DNA of 64,000 bases, from the NCBI GenBank assembly GCA_002269645.1, contig NIVC01000997.1, positions 124,001 through 188,000 of the forward strand, given 5' to 3'. The DNA comes from Macrostomum lignano. Lineage: Eukaryota. The notes beneath the pieces were generated by a model. That model saw only the letters and a list, made by a program, of their open reading frames with translations, was not told the DNA's origin and made no database searches. This document shows positions 10,940 through 22,855 of this stretch, piece by piece. Position 1 is the first letter of the stretch. Every line of letters begins with the position of its first letter. The position numbers were made by a program, and so were the translations under genes.

Positions 10940-13900
10940 AAGGAGACACTGATTCATAGGGTGTGTACATTGACAAATGCAATTACAGCACGCAGGGTAG
11001 GGTTGGCTTTGGTAGACGCGCGGATTTGCTTGGTTCGCATTGTTCATATATGCGCATCGAAATTTTTTTCTTGCTAACTGCTTCTATGGGGATGTATAGA
11101 TGACGTAATCAGAGATAGGGCTTTGGTTGGGGGAGGCTGGGTCCGTGCTGTGAAAAGATCTGCTTGCTTCGTCAAAATGTACATTGGGATTGAGAGAGAG
11201 GCCGGTCGAATTTCGTTGACAACTAGAAATGGAAAGGTTTGGTCAGAGAATAGGGGTGTATGTGTGTTTTGGCTTTATTCAAAATGGTCTGTGCTGCGAA
11301 GACGAGTCCATTGACCATTGGGTGTTTGCTGTTTTGCCAATTCAGTATACTGAACCTGTTAAACTGATTGCCTCATGAGTCACTTTTCTGGGGTATGTGT
11401 AGGAGAGAGAGGCCTGAGAGAGACAAGGGCTCGATTTGGGTGGGTCCTCTGGCCCCATTCGTATTGGCTAATTTGGCGAATTGGCAAATCTACTTGCATG
11501 GGTTAAATTATTGAATATGGTCAGAGTTGAAGAATTTGGAGGATGAATCAAGATGTAAAGTTGGCAAAAACAACACTGATTCACCACATCTAAAAGATGA
11601 CTGCTAGGAGCTTCGGAAATAAGACTACTGTACACAGCAGCATCAACAAAAGGTATTAAATTGTCAATCAAAATCGACCCGTAGATGTGCGATTTTGCAT
11701 GGTCCACAGTGTTCATATGTGCATCGAAAAATTTTGTTTCTTGCTAACTGCTTCTATGGGGGAGGTGGATGACGTAATCAAGATAGGGTTTTGGTTGGAG
11801 GAGGCTCAATATATGAGTCTGTGCTGTGAAAATATCTGTTTGTACACTGAAATTGGAGAGGGAGGGTCGGAATTCCTTGACAGTTAGAAATGGTAAGGTC
11901 AGAGAGACAGGGACGAGTGGTTCTGTTCTACATGGGTCTGTGCTGTGAAGACGAGTCTAATATGACCATTGGGTGTTGGCTGTTTTGCCAATTCAGTAAT
12001 AAAACCTGTCCAGCTGATTGCCGCATGAGTCACTTTTCTCGGTGGGTGCAGAAGGAGAGAGAGAGAGGTCTGGGAGGGACAGTTTAAATGTCAATCGAAA
12101 TCAACGGGCCGCTTCGCCGACTGTATATGTTAAAATTATTATAGCTAGGTTTTTAGCAAACTGTACGTTTTAACCCAATATTCAAGAATAATCCCTTCCC
12201 TGACTTCATGAGGGGTATTACACGTACCAAATACATACATTTGAATGATGAAACAGCATTAAGTTGTAAAAATTATGGTTTCTGCTGATGAAGTGATTAA
12301 TTTTGTTCAATAAAGTCAGCATTTTAACGTTAAAAAGAGTAAAAACTGTGAAAATTGACCTTTTTAAAACGAAAATGTGCAATTTCTAGTAATTTAGCTT
12401 TCAATGAAAATGTCTTGGGTGGAATTCCAACTTGGGCCGGGGTGTGCATATGGAGATCAGTGTGTAACTCATTCCTGCTCGAAAGCTGTCTCTTGCCAAC
12501 TTTGAAATCAGCATTTGGACAAATTAGCGGTTGAAATTATGGCTTTTGGATGAAACTACTAAGTTTGACCAATACATTTCGCATTTTAACGTTAGAAAAT
12601 AATAAAACTGTGAAAATTGTCATTTATTAAACGAAAGAATGAGCAATTCTAACAATTCAGCTTTAAAAAACCCTGGCTTCAGTGGAATATTGGACTGGCT
12701 CGGGTAATCCGTGTGCGATTATAATTCCTGCTCAAAGCTGTCTCAGAGTTCCAGAAGTAGCATTTGTGATAATTTTGTGTTAAAATTGTGGTTTTTAGTG
12801 ATGAATTACTGATTTTGATCAATAAAGTCTGCATTTTAACGAAAAAAATGCGTAAAAACTGTGAAAATTTGTGTTTTCTTGTGAAAAAATGCTCATTTCT
12901 AGCAATTTAAGCTTCAATAGTCATGTCTTTGGTTGATTCTGGGTGGCTTGTGGATGTTTGTGGGGGGTTCATTCCTGCTTAAAAGCTGTCTAAGGTCAAG
13001 TTGAAAGCGATATTTGGACAAATTAGTTGCTGAAAGTATGGTTTCTAGTGATGAAACTACTGATTTTGATCAATAAAGTCTGCATTTTAACGTAAAAATG
13101 CATAAAAACTGTGAAAATTTGTATTTTCTTATGAAAAAAATGCGCATTTCTAGCAATTTAGGCTTCAATAGCCATGTCTTTGGATGATTTTGGGCTGGCT
13201 TGTTGATGTTTGTGGGGGGGTTCATTCCTGCTTAAAAGCAGTCTAAGGTCAAGTTGAAAGCGACATTTGGACAAATTAGCTGCTGAAAGTATGGTTTCTA
13301 GTGATGAAACTACTGATTTTGATCAACAAAGTCTGCATTTTAAGGTTAAAATCGTAAAAAAACTGTAAAAAGCTGCATTTTAATGAAAAAAATGTGCATT
13401 TCTAGTCATTTAGCTTTTAAAATAACCAAATTTCTTGTCTGAAATTCCAACTTTACTTTGTATGGAGAGGTCAGTGCATGATTCATTCCTGCTTCTAACA
13501 GATTAAACCGACCGTCTCAAAGACCAAGTCTGAAAGCTTGAAGTGAGAAGGTAGGGGAGGCGGAGAGGCAGAATTGAATAGCCTCACGTATTTAAATATG
13601 TGGACTTCACTACTTCTAGTATAACGCAAGGGTGACTTATACAATTTACAAAGTTTAGAATCAAGTAAATCAGAATTGCATGCGGTGGAGACACTGATTC
13701 ATAGGCTGTGTACATTTACAAATGCAGCTGGGGTTTGTCAATGCAGGTAGAGGTTGGTGGACTCGGATTTGCTCGCGGGGTTGATGTGTGCATTAAAAGT
13801 TGGTTTCTTGCTAACTGGGGCGGCATGGATGACGTAATCGGAGAAGAGAGGGGTTTTGAAGTTTAATATAGGGTCTGTGCTGTGGAAAGATCTGTCTGTA

Positions 13901-14040
13901 CACTGAAAATGGAGAGAGGGTCGAAATTCCTTGGCATTTAGAAGGGGGGACAGAGAGAACAGGGGCGAGTGTTAAAATTTAGCTCGATTTGTTATGGGGT
14001 CTGCGCTGTGTCTGGTGAACATCGGAGGGGTGGCTGTTTT
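10940..14040. repeat. Three degenerate direct copies of a ~400-bp element (~10940-11430, ~11690-12080, ~13685-14040)
   Basis: Shared blocks TTCTTGCTAACTG, GATGACGTAATC and GTCTGTGCTGTG-type. GGAGACACTGATTCATAGG..TGTACAT is in copies 1 and 3; TTTTGCCAATTCAGT..CATGAGTCACTTTTCT is in copies 1 and 2. Confidence 0.8.
12270..13500. repeat. AT-rich ~250-bp tandem repeat, about 5 diverged copies
   Basis: Anchor GATGAA(A/T)..ACT recurs at ~12287, 12549, 12800, 13050 and 13303. Shared GCATTTTAACG, AAAACTGTGAAAATT, ATTCCTGCT and TTTGGACAAATTAG. Confidence 0.85.
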
Positions 14041-15771
14041 CGAACAGGGTTGAATTTGACTATGGTCCGAGTTAAAGGGTGATTCAGCATTCAGTATAGG
14101 AGCTTCGAGGGGATGGTTTACTGTAATTAAAGCGCGACGAAGCGTCTTGTATCATACTCACTGTCAATAGAAATATAAAGCACTGCTTCAACACAGTCTT
14201 GTATTTGGGGGGGGGGCAGACTTGGGAGAGGCTTGGATGACGCAACCTCCACCCCATCGCTTGGCGAGAGTTTGTACAGGCCCGCCTCTATATGAAAGTA
14301 TGTGTATTTTATAAGTGATTTCGAATAAATTATCAGCATATTCAAACCTACATTCTCCGAGGGTGAAAATGTACATACCTAATTTTTGGGGTATGTAGCG
14401 GATACGAGTATAGAGGCTATCGATGTACATATAGACTCCGACCCGTATTATTCAAATGTCTGAGAAATGTACATTGGAAATATACATTTACGTTGTAGGC
14501 TACACAATTAGTTGACTCATTTGGTAGTAGTAGATGAGATTGTACACTGTACATATAGTAGGGTTTCGAGTTGTAATTTTGGTGCGCGCGCGCGCTGGGG
14601 ATGACACTGTAGATTAATGTAAGTGTACATATAGACTTGGGGATAGACATGGACATTTGAGATAGGGATTAATGTACATATCCAATTTGGGATAGATAGG
14701 GATTAATGTACATGGAATTAATATGAGCACATGGATTATTACAACTACATATTGGCATATATCACGCTTAGGATAGCGTTTTTGTATACTACTTACTTCA
14801 TTTTCAGATAGTAGTATAATTTGCGTTTTTTGAGTCAAAACATCTGAAAACCCAGCAGTTTTGGCGCGATACGTAGTACCGCCCCCCGCCCCCCCTGGTT
14901 GCGCCACTGCTAAGTTTACTAATTTACTAATTTTAATTACTAACTGCATAGTATTTTATTTACTAACTAATAATAATACGAGTATACTCGTAATTATCGC
15001 CAATATCAGTGCTAGTGTCCAAAATATATAACACAAGCTATCAAGTTACAATTCCGATTGCTTTGAAGGCATCTATACAGCAATTCCAAATCCATTGCAA
15101 CATAATTGTATTGATGCTTTCTGGGCGTTTGGATGTTAAGGTTTGCCAGCAAAGGAATATTTTCTTACTATATGCTACATATATGTGTATGGGCTTTGCA
15201 TGTAAGACACTCTAGTTTTGCGTATGCATATACATTTTTTGTGCAAGTCAGTGAGTTCAGTGTCCGCTTGACTGTTGTTTGCATCTATAATACGAGCTAT
15301 CGCCTAACCTAACATGTATTACACTGACAGATTGAGTACGGGCAGCTACATGTATACACAGATGTTACACTTAATCCCGATATTTGCAAGGACAGCTGGC
15401 TGCGAAAGAAATTTTTATTGCAGATGTTTTGTAGGCCTGAATTCATCAAAACAGCGAATGGATCGTTTACAAAATGACCTGTCAAATATTCTCTCTCACA
15501 TCAAAACAAAACTCTCCCGTACTTTTCTAAAACTGCTGTTCAATCAATGTACACTGCTGTATGTGCAAGTTAGAAACTAAGAGCAACTGCACTTATCATG
15601 GATAGTTGGCCAGCTTTGCATGTGGAATGGGGTGATATAAATGTTGGCCGTTGAGTCAACATGCACCAGATGTGCCAGACGAGCCTGGGACTTTCGCCTA
15701 CAGTGAATTATCTATGTGCCAGCACTACCAGCTACCATGGGCCGTTGCTATGCAGATGCATAGGCGCCAGC

Positions 15772-15925
15772 TACAGAGGGGGCGCCAGCTACATAGGGGT
15801 CGCCAGCTACAGTGGGGTCGCCAGCTACAGAGGGGGTGCCAGCTACAGAGGGGGCGCCAGCTACAGAGGGGGCGCCAGCTACAGAGGGGGCGCCAGCTAC
15901 AGAGGGGTCGCCAGCTACAGAAAAG
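15772..15925. repeat. 18-bp minisatellite GGCGCCAGCTACAGAGGG (family also at 23.3 kb and 56.4-58.4 kb)
   Basis: About 8 tandem copies. Confidence 0.93.
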
Positions 15926-16199
15926 GCCAGCTACAGAGGCGCAAACTGCAGTGTCCCTGCGACAGATGCTAGTGGCTGGCTGCAACGAAAGACCTCTCAA
16001 AAACTAAGCAGGCTTGTAAATCAATCAGTAAATTGACCAAGGAAGCTCAGTCATACTTGTCTCATTTGCAATTTGAAAGTCCCTAAAGGTAAAACACTGT
16101 TGATTTAGTGATAAAAAGGACAATAGTCCAATCTCATTAATGTACTTTTCACCGAAAGCCACGAAAGACCGCCGTCACCGACCGAATCCGGGTCTGTGA

Positions 16200-16480
16200 G
16201 CAGTAGGACTCAACGCGGATGATGCGGCCTACCAGCTGGAGTTGTTCGGAGCACGGACCTGACGACCGAGTCAAATGTCTTCTTGATATCTATGAAGACA
16301 TCAATCAGGATTGGCACACGTATTCACGCCTGCTCGATGAGTCGGCAGGATCAGACGGAATTAGCGACGATGGTGTGCCGTGGTTCATTCGTCGGGTGCC
16401 TCCTCGCCAAAGAGCACACGCGATTCATCACTCTGGCAAACCTCACTGGCCAAGGTTAAAATTGGTGCCGCTAAAAATAA
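16200..16480 (-). mobile_element. Degenerate non-LTR (LINE) reverse-transcriptase fragment
   Basis: The minus strand reads RLIEQA*IRVPILIDVFIDIKKTFDSVVR (16264-16299 = VFIDIKKTFDSV, the LINE RT FxDxxKAFDSV motif). A frameshifted ILTLASEV/FARVMNRV resembling the LLSxxxKVFxRVxxNR motif lies upstream. Stops and frameshifts are present. Confidence 0.6.
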
Positions 16481-17224
16481 AAGCCATCTGCCCTCTGCTC
16501 AGCACAGTGCCCAGCAACAAGAAAATCTACCAATTTGGCTAATTATTCACGCCTCTGAATTTACAAATGAGCTGAAATCACCTGTCCGTAGGTGTCAAAA
16601 GGCCATTTCTTTGAAGATTGAGCATCTCCATCGTTTAAGCTGATTAGAGTCTAAGAGTTATAGTTAGACTTGGCAAAAATAATCTTCAGTCTACTATATC
16701 CAGAAGTACTAATAAAGAAATGCTAATCACTAAGCCAAAGAAGATCAAAGGCAGACCATTCCCGTTTGAATCGTCACGCATCGTCTTCGTGTTTATAGTC
16801 GATAGCCAAGAGAAACTCGCAGGCAAACAGCAAAGAGACTATTGTTGCTAGTGTGGACAACTCAAGTAGAGTAAAAAAATGTACTAGCGGGGGGGGGGCT
16901 TTGGCACTTCTTTGGCACGAGTTTCAATCGAGGTGCGCTCACGAGCAAAGCTAGCTCAACCTCAACATGCAGCTATGTTTTGTAGATTTAACCATGCTTT
17001 TTGAGAGAGCTATAGCTATTTTTATAAATCACGAGGGCCGAAGGCATGTTTCAATTATAATATTAGCTTTTTTTGCAAAGCCCTGAATGAAGTTTTGCCA
17101 TAGACTATCTGAATCCCGCCGTTGGGGAGGCAAGAAGGAAAAAAATGGAAAAAACTATATGTAGTTTCTGACCTCAATTGTACAGTCTTAAGTAACATGA
17201 TGTTTGAGCAACTTTGAGCAACTT

Positions 17225-17770
17225 TCTTTTATGCTTAACATGGCGATTCTTTTATGCTTGACATGGCGACTCTTTTATGCTTGACATGGCGACTCTTTTA
17301 TGTTTGACATGGCGATTCTTTTATGTTTGACATGGCGATTCTTTTAAGTTTGGCATGGCGATTCTTTTAAGTTTGGCATGGCGATTCTTTTATGCTTGAC
17401 ATGGCGATTCTTTTATGTTTGACATGGCGATTCTTTTATGTTTGACATGGCGATTCTTTTATGTTTGACATGGCGATTCTTTTATGCTTGACATGGCGAC
17501 TCTTTTATGTTTGACATGGCGATTCTTTTATGTTTGACATGGCGATTCTTTTATGTTTGACATGGCGATTCTTTTATGTTTGACATGGCGATTCTTTTAT
17601 GCTTGACATGGCGACTCTTTTATGTTTGACATGGCGATTCTTTTATGTTTGACATGGCGATTCTTTTAAGTTTGGCATGGCGATTCTTTTATGTTTGACA
17701 TGGCGATTCTTTTATGTTTGACATGGCGATTCTTTTATGCTTGACATGGCGATTCTTTTATGCTTGACAT
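17225..17770. repeat. 23-bp minisatellite TGACATGGCGATTCTTTTATGTT
   Basis: About 23 tandem copies. Confidence 0.95.
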
Positions 17771-18319
17771 GCATACAGATCCACTTGTTGATCTTATTTT
17801 CTAATTGAATTGCTTGCCAATTAAATATTCAATGATCGACAGAGGTGTTTACTTTCAGGGTCGGTAGTGAGTACTTTGTTGAATGGTTTCGAGGCTAGAA
17901 TGATCAATGTTTAGTCAACTGATGAAAACCGTGAGCTGAACAACTTGCACAGAAATATTGTTCAGGGGACTGCGCGGATTTCGTGATGGAAATTCTAATT
18001 TTGCTTAAGATTTGGACAGCCTTTTGATTTTCTGTGCAAATAATAACTGAACGTGACTCCATGAATTGTCTTGTTTCAAATCAGAGCCAAGTAGTGACAG
18101 AAAAAAGAAAGAATATACAGATAGACTCATGCAATTTGTACCAATACGAGCCAGTTTTTTTGCAGCTATTTATTACTATTTTATGTTACCAGACAGAATT
18201 GATAAAAATATGCGTGACAGATTTCCCAAAATAGATGCCTACAACAACGTTATCATGTGACATCGAAAAAGTAGTGATCTTGCTGAGCTGTGAACATATA
18301 GACTGGATGTGTTATTGTT

Positions 18320-19566
18320 GAGACACAGTACGTGTCTATGTGACAGTGCTGAGACACTGTCTGTGTGGCAGTGCTGAGACACAGTGTCTGTGTGGCAGTG
18401 CTGAGACACAGTGTCTATGTGAAAGTGCTGAGACACTGTCTGTGTGGCAGTGCTGAGACACAGTGTCTATGTGACAGTGTTGAGACACAGTGTCTATGTG
18501 ACAGTGCTGAGACACAGTGTCTGTGTGGCAGTGTTGAGAAACAGTGTCTATGTGGCAGTGCTGAGACAGTGTCTATGTGACAGTGCTGAGACACAGTGTC
18601 TATGTGACAGTGTTGAGACACAGTGTCTATGTGACAGTGCTGAGACACAGTGTCTGTGTGGCAGTGTTGAGAAACAGTGTCTATGTGGCAGTGCTGAGAC
18701 AGTGTCTATGTGACAGTGCTGAGACACAGTGTCTATGTGACAGTGCTGAGACACAGTGTCTATGTGACAGTGTTGAGACACAGTGTCTATGTGACAGTGT
18801 TGAGACACAGTGTCTATGTGACAGTGCTGAGACACAGTGTCTGTGTGGCAGTGTTGAGAAACAGTGTCTATGTGGCAGTGCTGAGACAGTGTCTATGTGA
18901 CAGTGCTGAGACACAGTGTCTATGTGACAGTGTTGAGACACAGTGTCTATGTGGCAGTGCTGAGACACAGTGTCTATGTGACAGTGCTGAGACACAGTGT
19001 CTATGTGACAGTGTTGAGACACAGTGTCTATGTGACAGTGCTGAGACACAGTGTCTGTGTGGCAGTGCTGAGACACAGTGTCTATGTGACAGTGTTGAGA
19101 CACAGTGTCTATGTGACAGTGTTGAGACACAGTGTCTATGTGACAGTGTTGAGACAAAGTGTCTATGTGACAGTGCTGAGACACAGTGTCTATGTGACAG
19201 TGTTGAGACACAGTGTCTATGTGACAGTGCTGAGACACAGTGTCTGTGTGGCAGTGCTGAGACACAGTGTCTATGTGACAGTGTTGAGACACAGTGTCTA
19301 TGTGACAGTGTTGAGACAAAGTGTCTATGTGACAGTGTTGAGACACAGTGTCTATGTGGCAGTGCTGAGACAAAGTGTCTATGTGACAGTGTTGAGACAC
19401 AGTGTCTATGTGGCAGTGCTGAGACACAGTGTCTATGTGACAGTGCTGAGACACAGTGTCTATGTGACAGTGTTGAGACACAGTGTCTGTGTGGCAGTGC
19501 TGAGACACAGTGTCTGTGTGGCAGTGCTGAGACACAGTCTCTATGTGGCAGTACTGAGACACAGTG
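18320..19566 (+). repeat. 27-bp minisatellite GTGCTGAGACACAGTGTCTATGTGACA
   Basis: About 46 copies, 9-aa period. Each unit contains the mini-palindrome GACAC-A-GTGTC. An inverted copy of the family lies at 22856-23250. Confidence 0.97.
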
Positions 19567-19584
19567 TTTAGGGCTATATATAGT

Positions 19585-19590
19585 TTTATT
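19585..19590 (-). terminator. Probable polyadenylation signal (AATAAA) of the Sel1-repeat gene
   Basis: AATAAA on the minus strand about 90 nt downstream of the stop at 19679. Confidence 0.5.
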
Positions 19591-19678
19591 GCAAAAAAGT
19601 GCACAAAATGGCTGGAACAACTGGTGAAGCGTTTAGTGTCAGTCTGCCTGCTAAAAATCAATACCAGTGTGCTTCAGT

Positions 19679-19936
19679 TCAATCGTCGCAAGCTCCGTGC
19701 TCAGCGCAAGCATCATTGAGCATATCGTGAGCTTGAATAATGCCTTTAGCCGCTGCTCTGTGCAGATATTTGCGAGCTTCGCCCGGCTTTAAATTGCTTG
19801 GCAAGCCTTTCAGATGCCCGACAGCTACATTGTAGGACGCGTGCGGGTGACCGCGCTCCGCCGCCTGCTTGAACCAGCGCATCGCCTCGCCGTGGTGCTG
19901 CTCCACGCCTTTGCCGTGCAGATAGCGTTGGCCTAC
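19679..19936 (-). CDS. Uncharacterised TM + Sel1-like (SLR) repeat protein, exon 2
   Basis: VGQRYLHGKGVEQHHGEAMRWFKQAAERGHPHASYNVAVGHLKG..EARKYLHRAAAKG is a canonical Sel1 repeat pattern. Acceptor gaAG at 19937-19938, phase 0, stop TGA at 19679-19681. Confidence 0.88.
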   Translation of the reverse strand, partial: VGQRYLHGKGVEQHHGEAMRWFKQAAERGHPHASYNVAVGHLKGLPSNLKPGEARKYLHRAAAKGIIQAHDMLNDACAEHGACDD

Positions 19937-20059
19937 CTTCAGTATTGTGGTGTTAGTGAGAGGACGATTCATTTATCGTCGCTGACTGCGTTCACTGAGG
20001 ACGCTGTGTACTTTAAAATTGATCTCATTTGAGAAGAAACGCGTTTTTCACCACGTCCA

Positions 20060-21200
20060 TCGTGACTCTCTATGGTAAATCGTGTTTCACCAAGCCCACC
20101 GTAACTGTCTATGGTAAATCGTGTTTCACCAAGCCCACCGTAACTGTCTATGGTAAATCGTGTTTCACCAAGCCCACCGTAACTGTCTATGGTAGATCGT
20201 GTTTCACCAAGCCCACCGTAACTGTCTATGGTAGATCGTGTTTCACCAAGCCCACCGTAACTGTCTATGGTAGATCGTGTTTCACCAAGCCCACCGTAAC
20301 TGTCTATGGTAGATCGTGTTTCACCAAGCCCACCGTAACTGTCTATGGTAGATCGTGTTTCACCAAGCGAACCGTAACTGTCTATGGTAGATCGTGTTTC
20401 ACCAAGCCCACCGTAACTGTCTATGGTAGATCGTGTTTCACCAAGCCCACCGTAACTGTCTATGGTAGATCGTGTTTCACCAAGCCCACCGTAACTGTCT
20501 ATGGTAAATCGTGTTTCACCAAGCCCACCGTAACTGTCTATGGTAGATCGTGTTTCACCAAGCCCACCGTAACTGTCTATGGTAGATCGTGTTTCACCAC
20601 GCCCATGAACTGTGACTGTCTATGGTAGATCGTGTTTCACCACGCCCATGAACTGTGACTGTCTATGGTAGATCGTGTTTCACCAAGCCCATGAACTGTG
20701 ACTGTCTATGATAAATCGTGTTTCACCAAGCCCATGCACTGTGACTGTCTATGGTAGATCGTGTTTCACCAAGCCCATGAACTGTGACTGTCTATGATAA
20801 ATCGTGTTTCACCAAGCCCATGCACTGTGACTGTCTATGGTAGATCGTGTTTCACCAAGCCCATGAACTGTGACTGTCTATGGTAGATCGTGTTTCACCA
20901 AGCCCATGAACTGTGACTGTCTATGATAAATCGTGTTTCACCAAGCCCATGCACTGTGACTGTCTATGGTAGATCGTGTTTCACCAAGCCCATGCACTGT
21001 GACTGTCTATGGTAGATGGTGTTTCACCAAGCCCACCAGAACTGTCTATGGTGAATCGTGTTTCACCACGCCCATGAACTGTGACTGTCTATGGTAAATC
21101 GTGTTTCACCACGCCCATGCACTGTGACTGTCTATGGTAGATCGTGTTTCACCAAGCCAACCGTTACTGTCTATGGTAAATCGTGTTTCACCACTCCCAT
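20060..21200. repeat. Intronic minisatellite, 39-bp unit (CTGTCTATGGTAGATCGTGTTTCACCAAGCCCACCGTAA) switching to a 43-bp variant near 20600
   Basis: 13-aa period ORF to 20628, then units ending CCCATGAACTGTGA or CCCATGCACTGTGA. Confidence 0.95.
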
Positions 21201-21214
21201 GCTGTTTCGCCAAC

Positions 21215-21530
21215 CAAGAGACAGGGGGCGCCAACTAAGAGACAGGGGCGCCTACCAAGAGACAGGGGCGCCCACATAAAAGACAGGGGCGCCCACCAAG
21301 AGACAGGGGCGCCCACCTAGAAGACAGGGGCGCCCACCTAAAAGACAGGGGCGCCCACCAAGAGACAGGGGCGCCCACCTAGAAGACAGGGGCACCCACC
21401 TAAGAGACAGGGGCGCCAACTAAGAGACAGGGGCGCTAACTAAGAGACAGTGGCGCCCACCTAGAAGACAGGGGCGCCCACCTAGAAGACAGGGGCGTCC
21501 ACCAAGAGACAAGGGGTGCCAACCAAGACG
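21215..21530. repeat. Intronic 20-21-bp minisatellite GACAGGGGCGCCCACC(T)AAGA
   Basis: About 15 copies. Shares the GGGGCGCC core with the 18-bp family. Confidence 0.93.
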
Positions 21531-21648
21531 CCAAATAATGGAGCCCTTTAGTACGAGTATAGGATTGCTACATAGAGTTCCTGCGTTTTACGCCACCGAG
21601 AATGGATCCCAGATTCTCCTTGTCATGCCAAAATTCATTTTCACAAAC

Positions 21649-21915
21649 CTGATGCTGAGCGTCCTCGTAGCCCAGGTGAGCATAGGCCTTGGTCACGTGA
21701 AAGTGCAAATGATCAAAGTGATTATAGGCATAATAGCCGAAGCAGATAGTTGCTAACAGGATGGAAACTTCTAAAGCTACAATCCACCAAGGATCCGGTT
21801 TCTTCTGTCGGGCCAAATAGACTTTATCAGCGTAGGGTGGCAGAGGCTGATACTTATACTGCTGTCTGTCATCTTCAGAATGCTTCTGCTGTCGATGGCG
21901 CAGCAAACTTGACAT
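21649..21915 (-). CDS. Uncharacterised TM + Sel1-like repeat protein, exon 1
   Basis: MSSLLRHRQQ...WWIVALEVSILLATICFGYYAY (TM segment)...AYAHLGYEDAQHQ, then donor GTTTGT at 21648. Joining gives the continuous SLR repeat AHLGYEDAQHQ|VGQRYLHG. Total 174 aa. The start codon is a best guess. Confidence 0.85.
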
Positions 21916-22317
21916 GTTGCACTTCTTTCTTTCTACTCTCTGTAGCTTTGGATTGAATCTCAAGTTTGCTTCAGCAGTGTGAAGACAGCGCATGCGGTGC
22001 ATTTATAGCCTTCCTTTACTCTCGTATCTTTCTAATCCCTAGCGTTACTGAACATTCACTGATTGCTAACCTGAGAGTCCCTTGTGCATTCATTAAATAT
22101 TAATTAGCTTTTTTACTAGCACCGACGTGGCAGAACAATGCGTTGCTATGCTGTTGCTAGCAACCTCAGGTAGATGATCGCGCACAACAGAACTGAGACT
22201 ATACGGGGCTTGTATTTGAATGCAGTCAGCTCGGATGCGCCATACGCTTTTTGAGCGACAGTGAAGGTAAATTGTATTGAATGCATCGTATATTTATAGC
22301 ACTACTCTATATACTCT

Positions 22318-22811
22318 TATACTACTCTAAGACACTCTAAGGCAGACACTAAGACACTAAGACACTCTAAGGCAGACACTAAGACACTAAGACACTCTAA
22401 GGCAGACACTAAGACACTAAGACACTAAGACACTCTAAGGCAGACACTAAGACACTAAGACACTAAGACACTCTAAGGCAGACACTAAGACACCAAGACA
22501 CTCTAAGGCAGACACTAAGACACTAAGACACTCTAAGCCAGACACTAAGACACTAAGACACTCTAAGCCAGACACTTAAGACACTAAGACACCAAGACAC
22601 TCTAAGGCAGACACTAAGACACTAAGACACTCTAAGCCAGACACTAAGACACCAAGACACTCTAAGGCAGACACTAAGACACTAAGACACTCTAAGGTAG
22701 ACACTAAGACACTAAGACACTCTAAGCCAGACACTATGACACTAAGACACTAAGACACTCTAAGCCAGACACTATGACACTAAGACACTAAGACACTCTA
22801 AGGCAGACACT
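22318..22811. repeat. Compound satellite of GACACTCTAAG(G/C)CA and variable numbers of GACACTAA
   Basis: Same family as 26670-29390. Flanked by a 39-bp direct repeat. Confidence 0.93.
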
Positions 22812-22855
22812 AATTGTATTGAATGCATCGTATATTTATAGCACTACTCTGCGCC

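Noticed and set aside
14860-14910. Minus-strand GCAGTGGCGCAACCAGGGGGG resembling a DNA-transposon terminus
   Set aside because: No matching opposite end or TSD was found in the window.
14977-15016. 16-bp perfect palindrome TACGAGTATACTCGTA followed by CTAG|T (Helitron 3' end?)
   Set aside because: The hairpin is AT-rich, its spacing to CTAG (~19 nt) is longer than typical, and no 5' TC end was identified.
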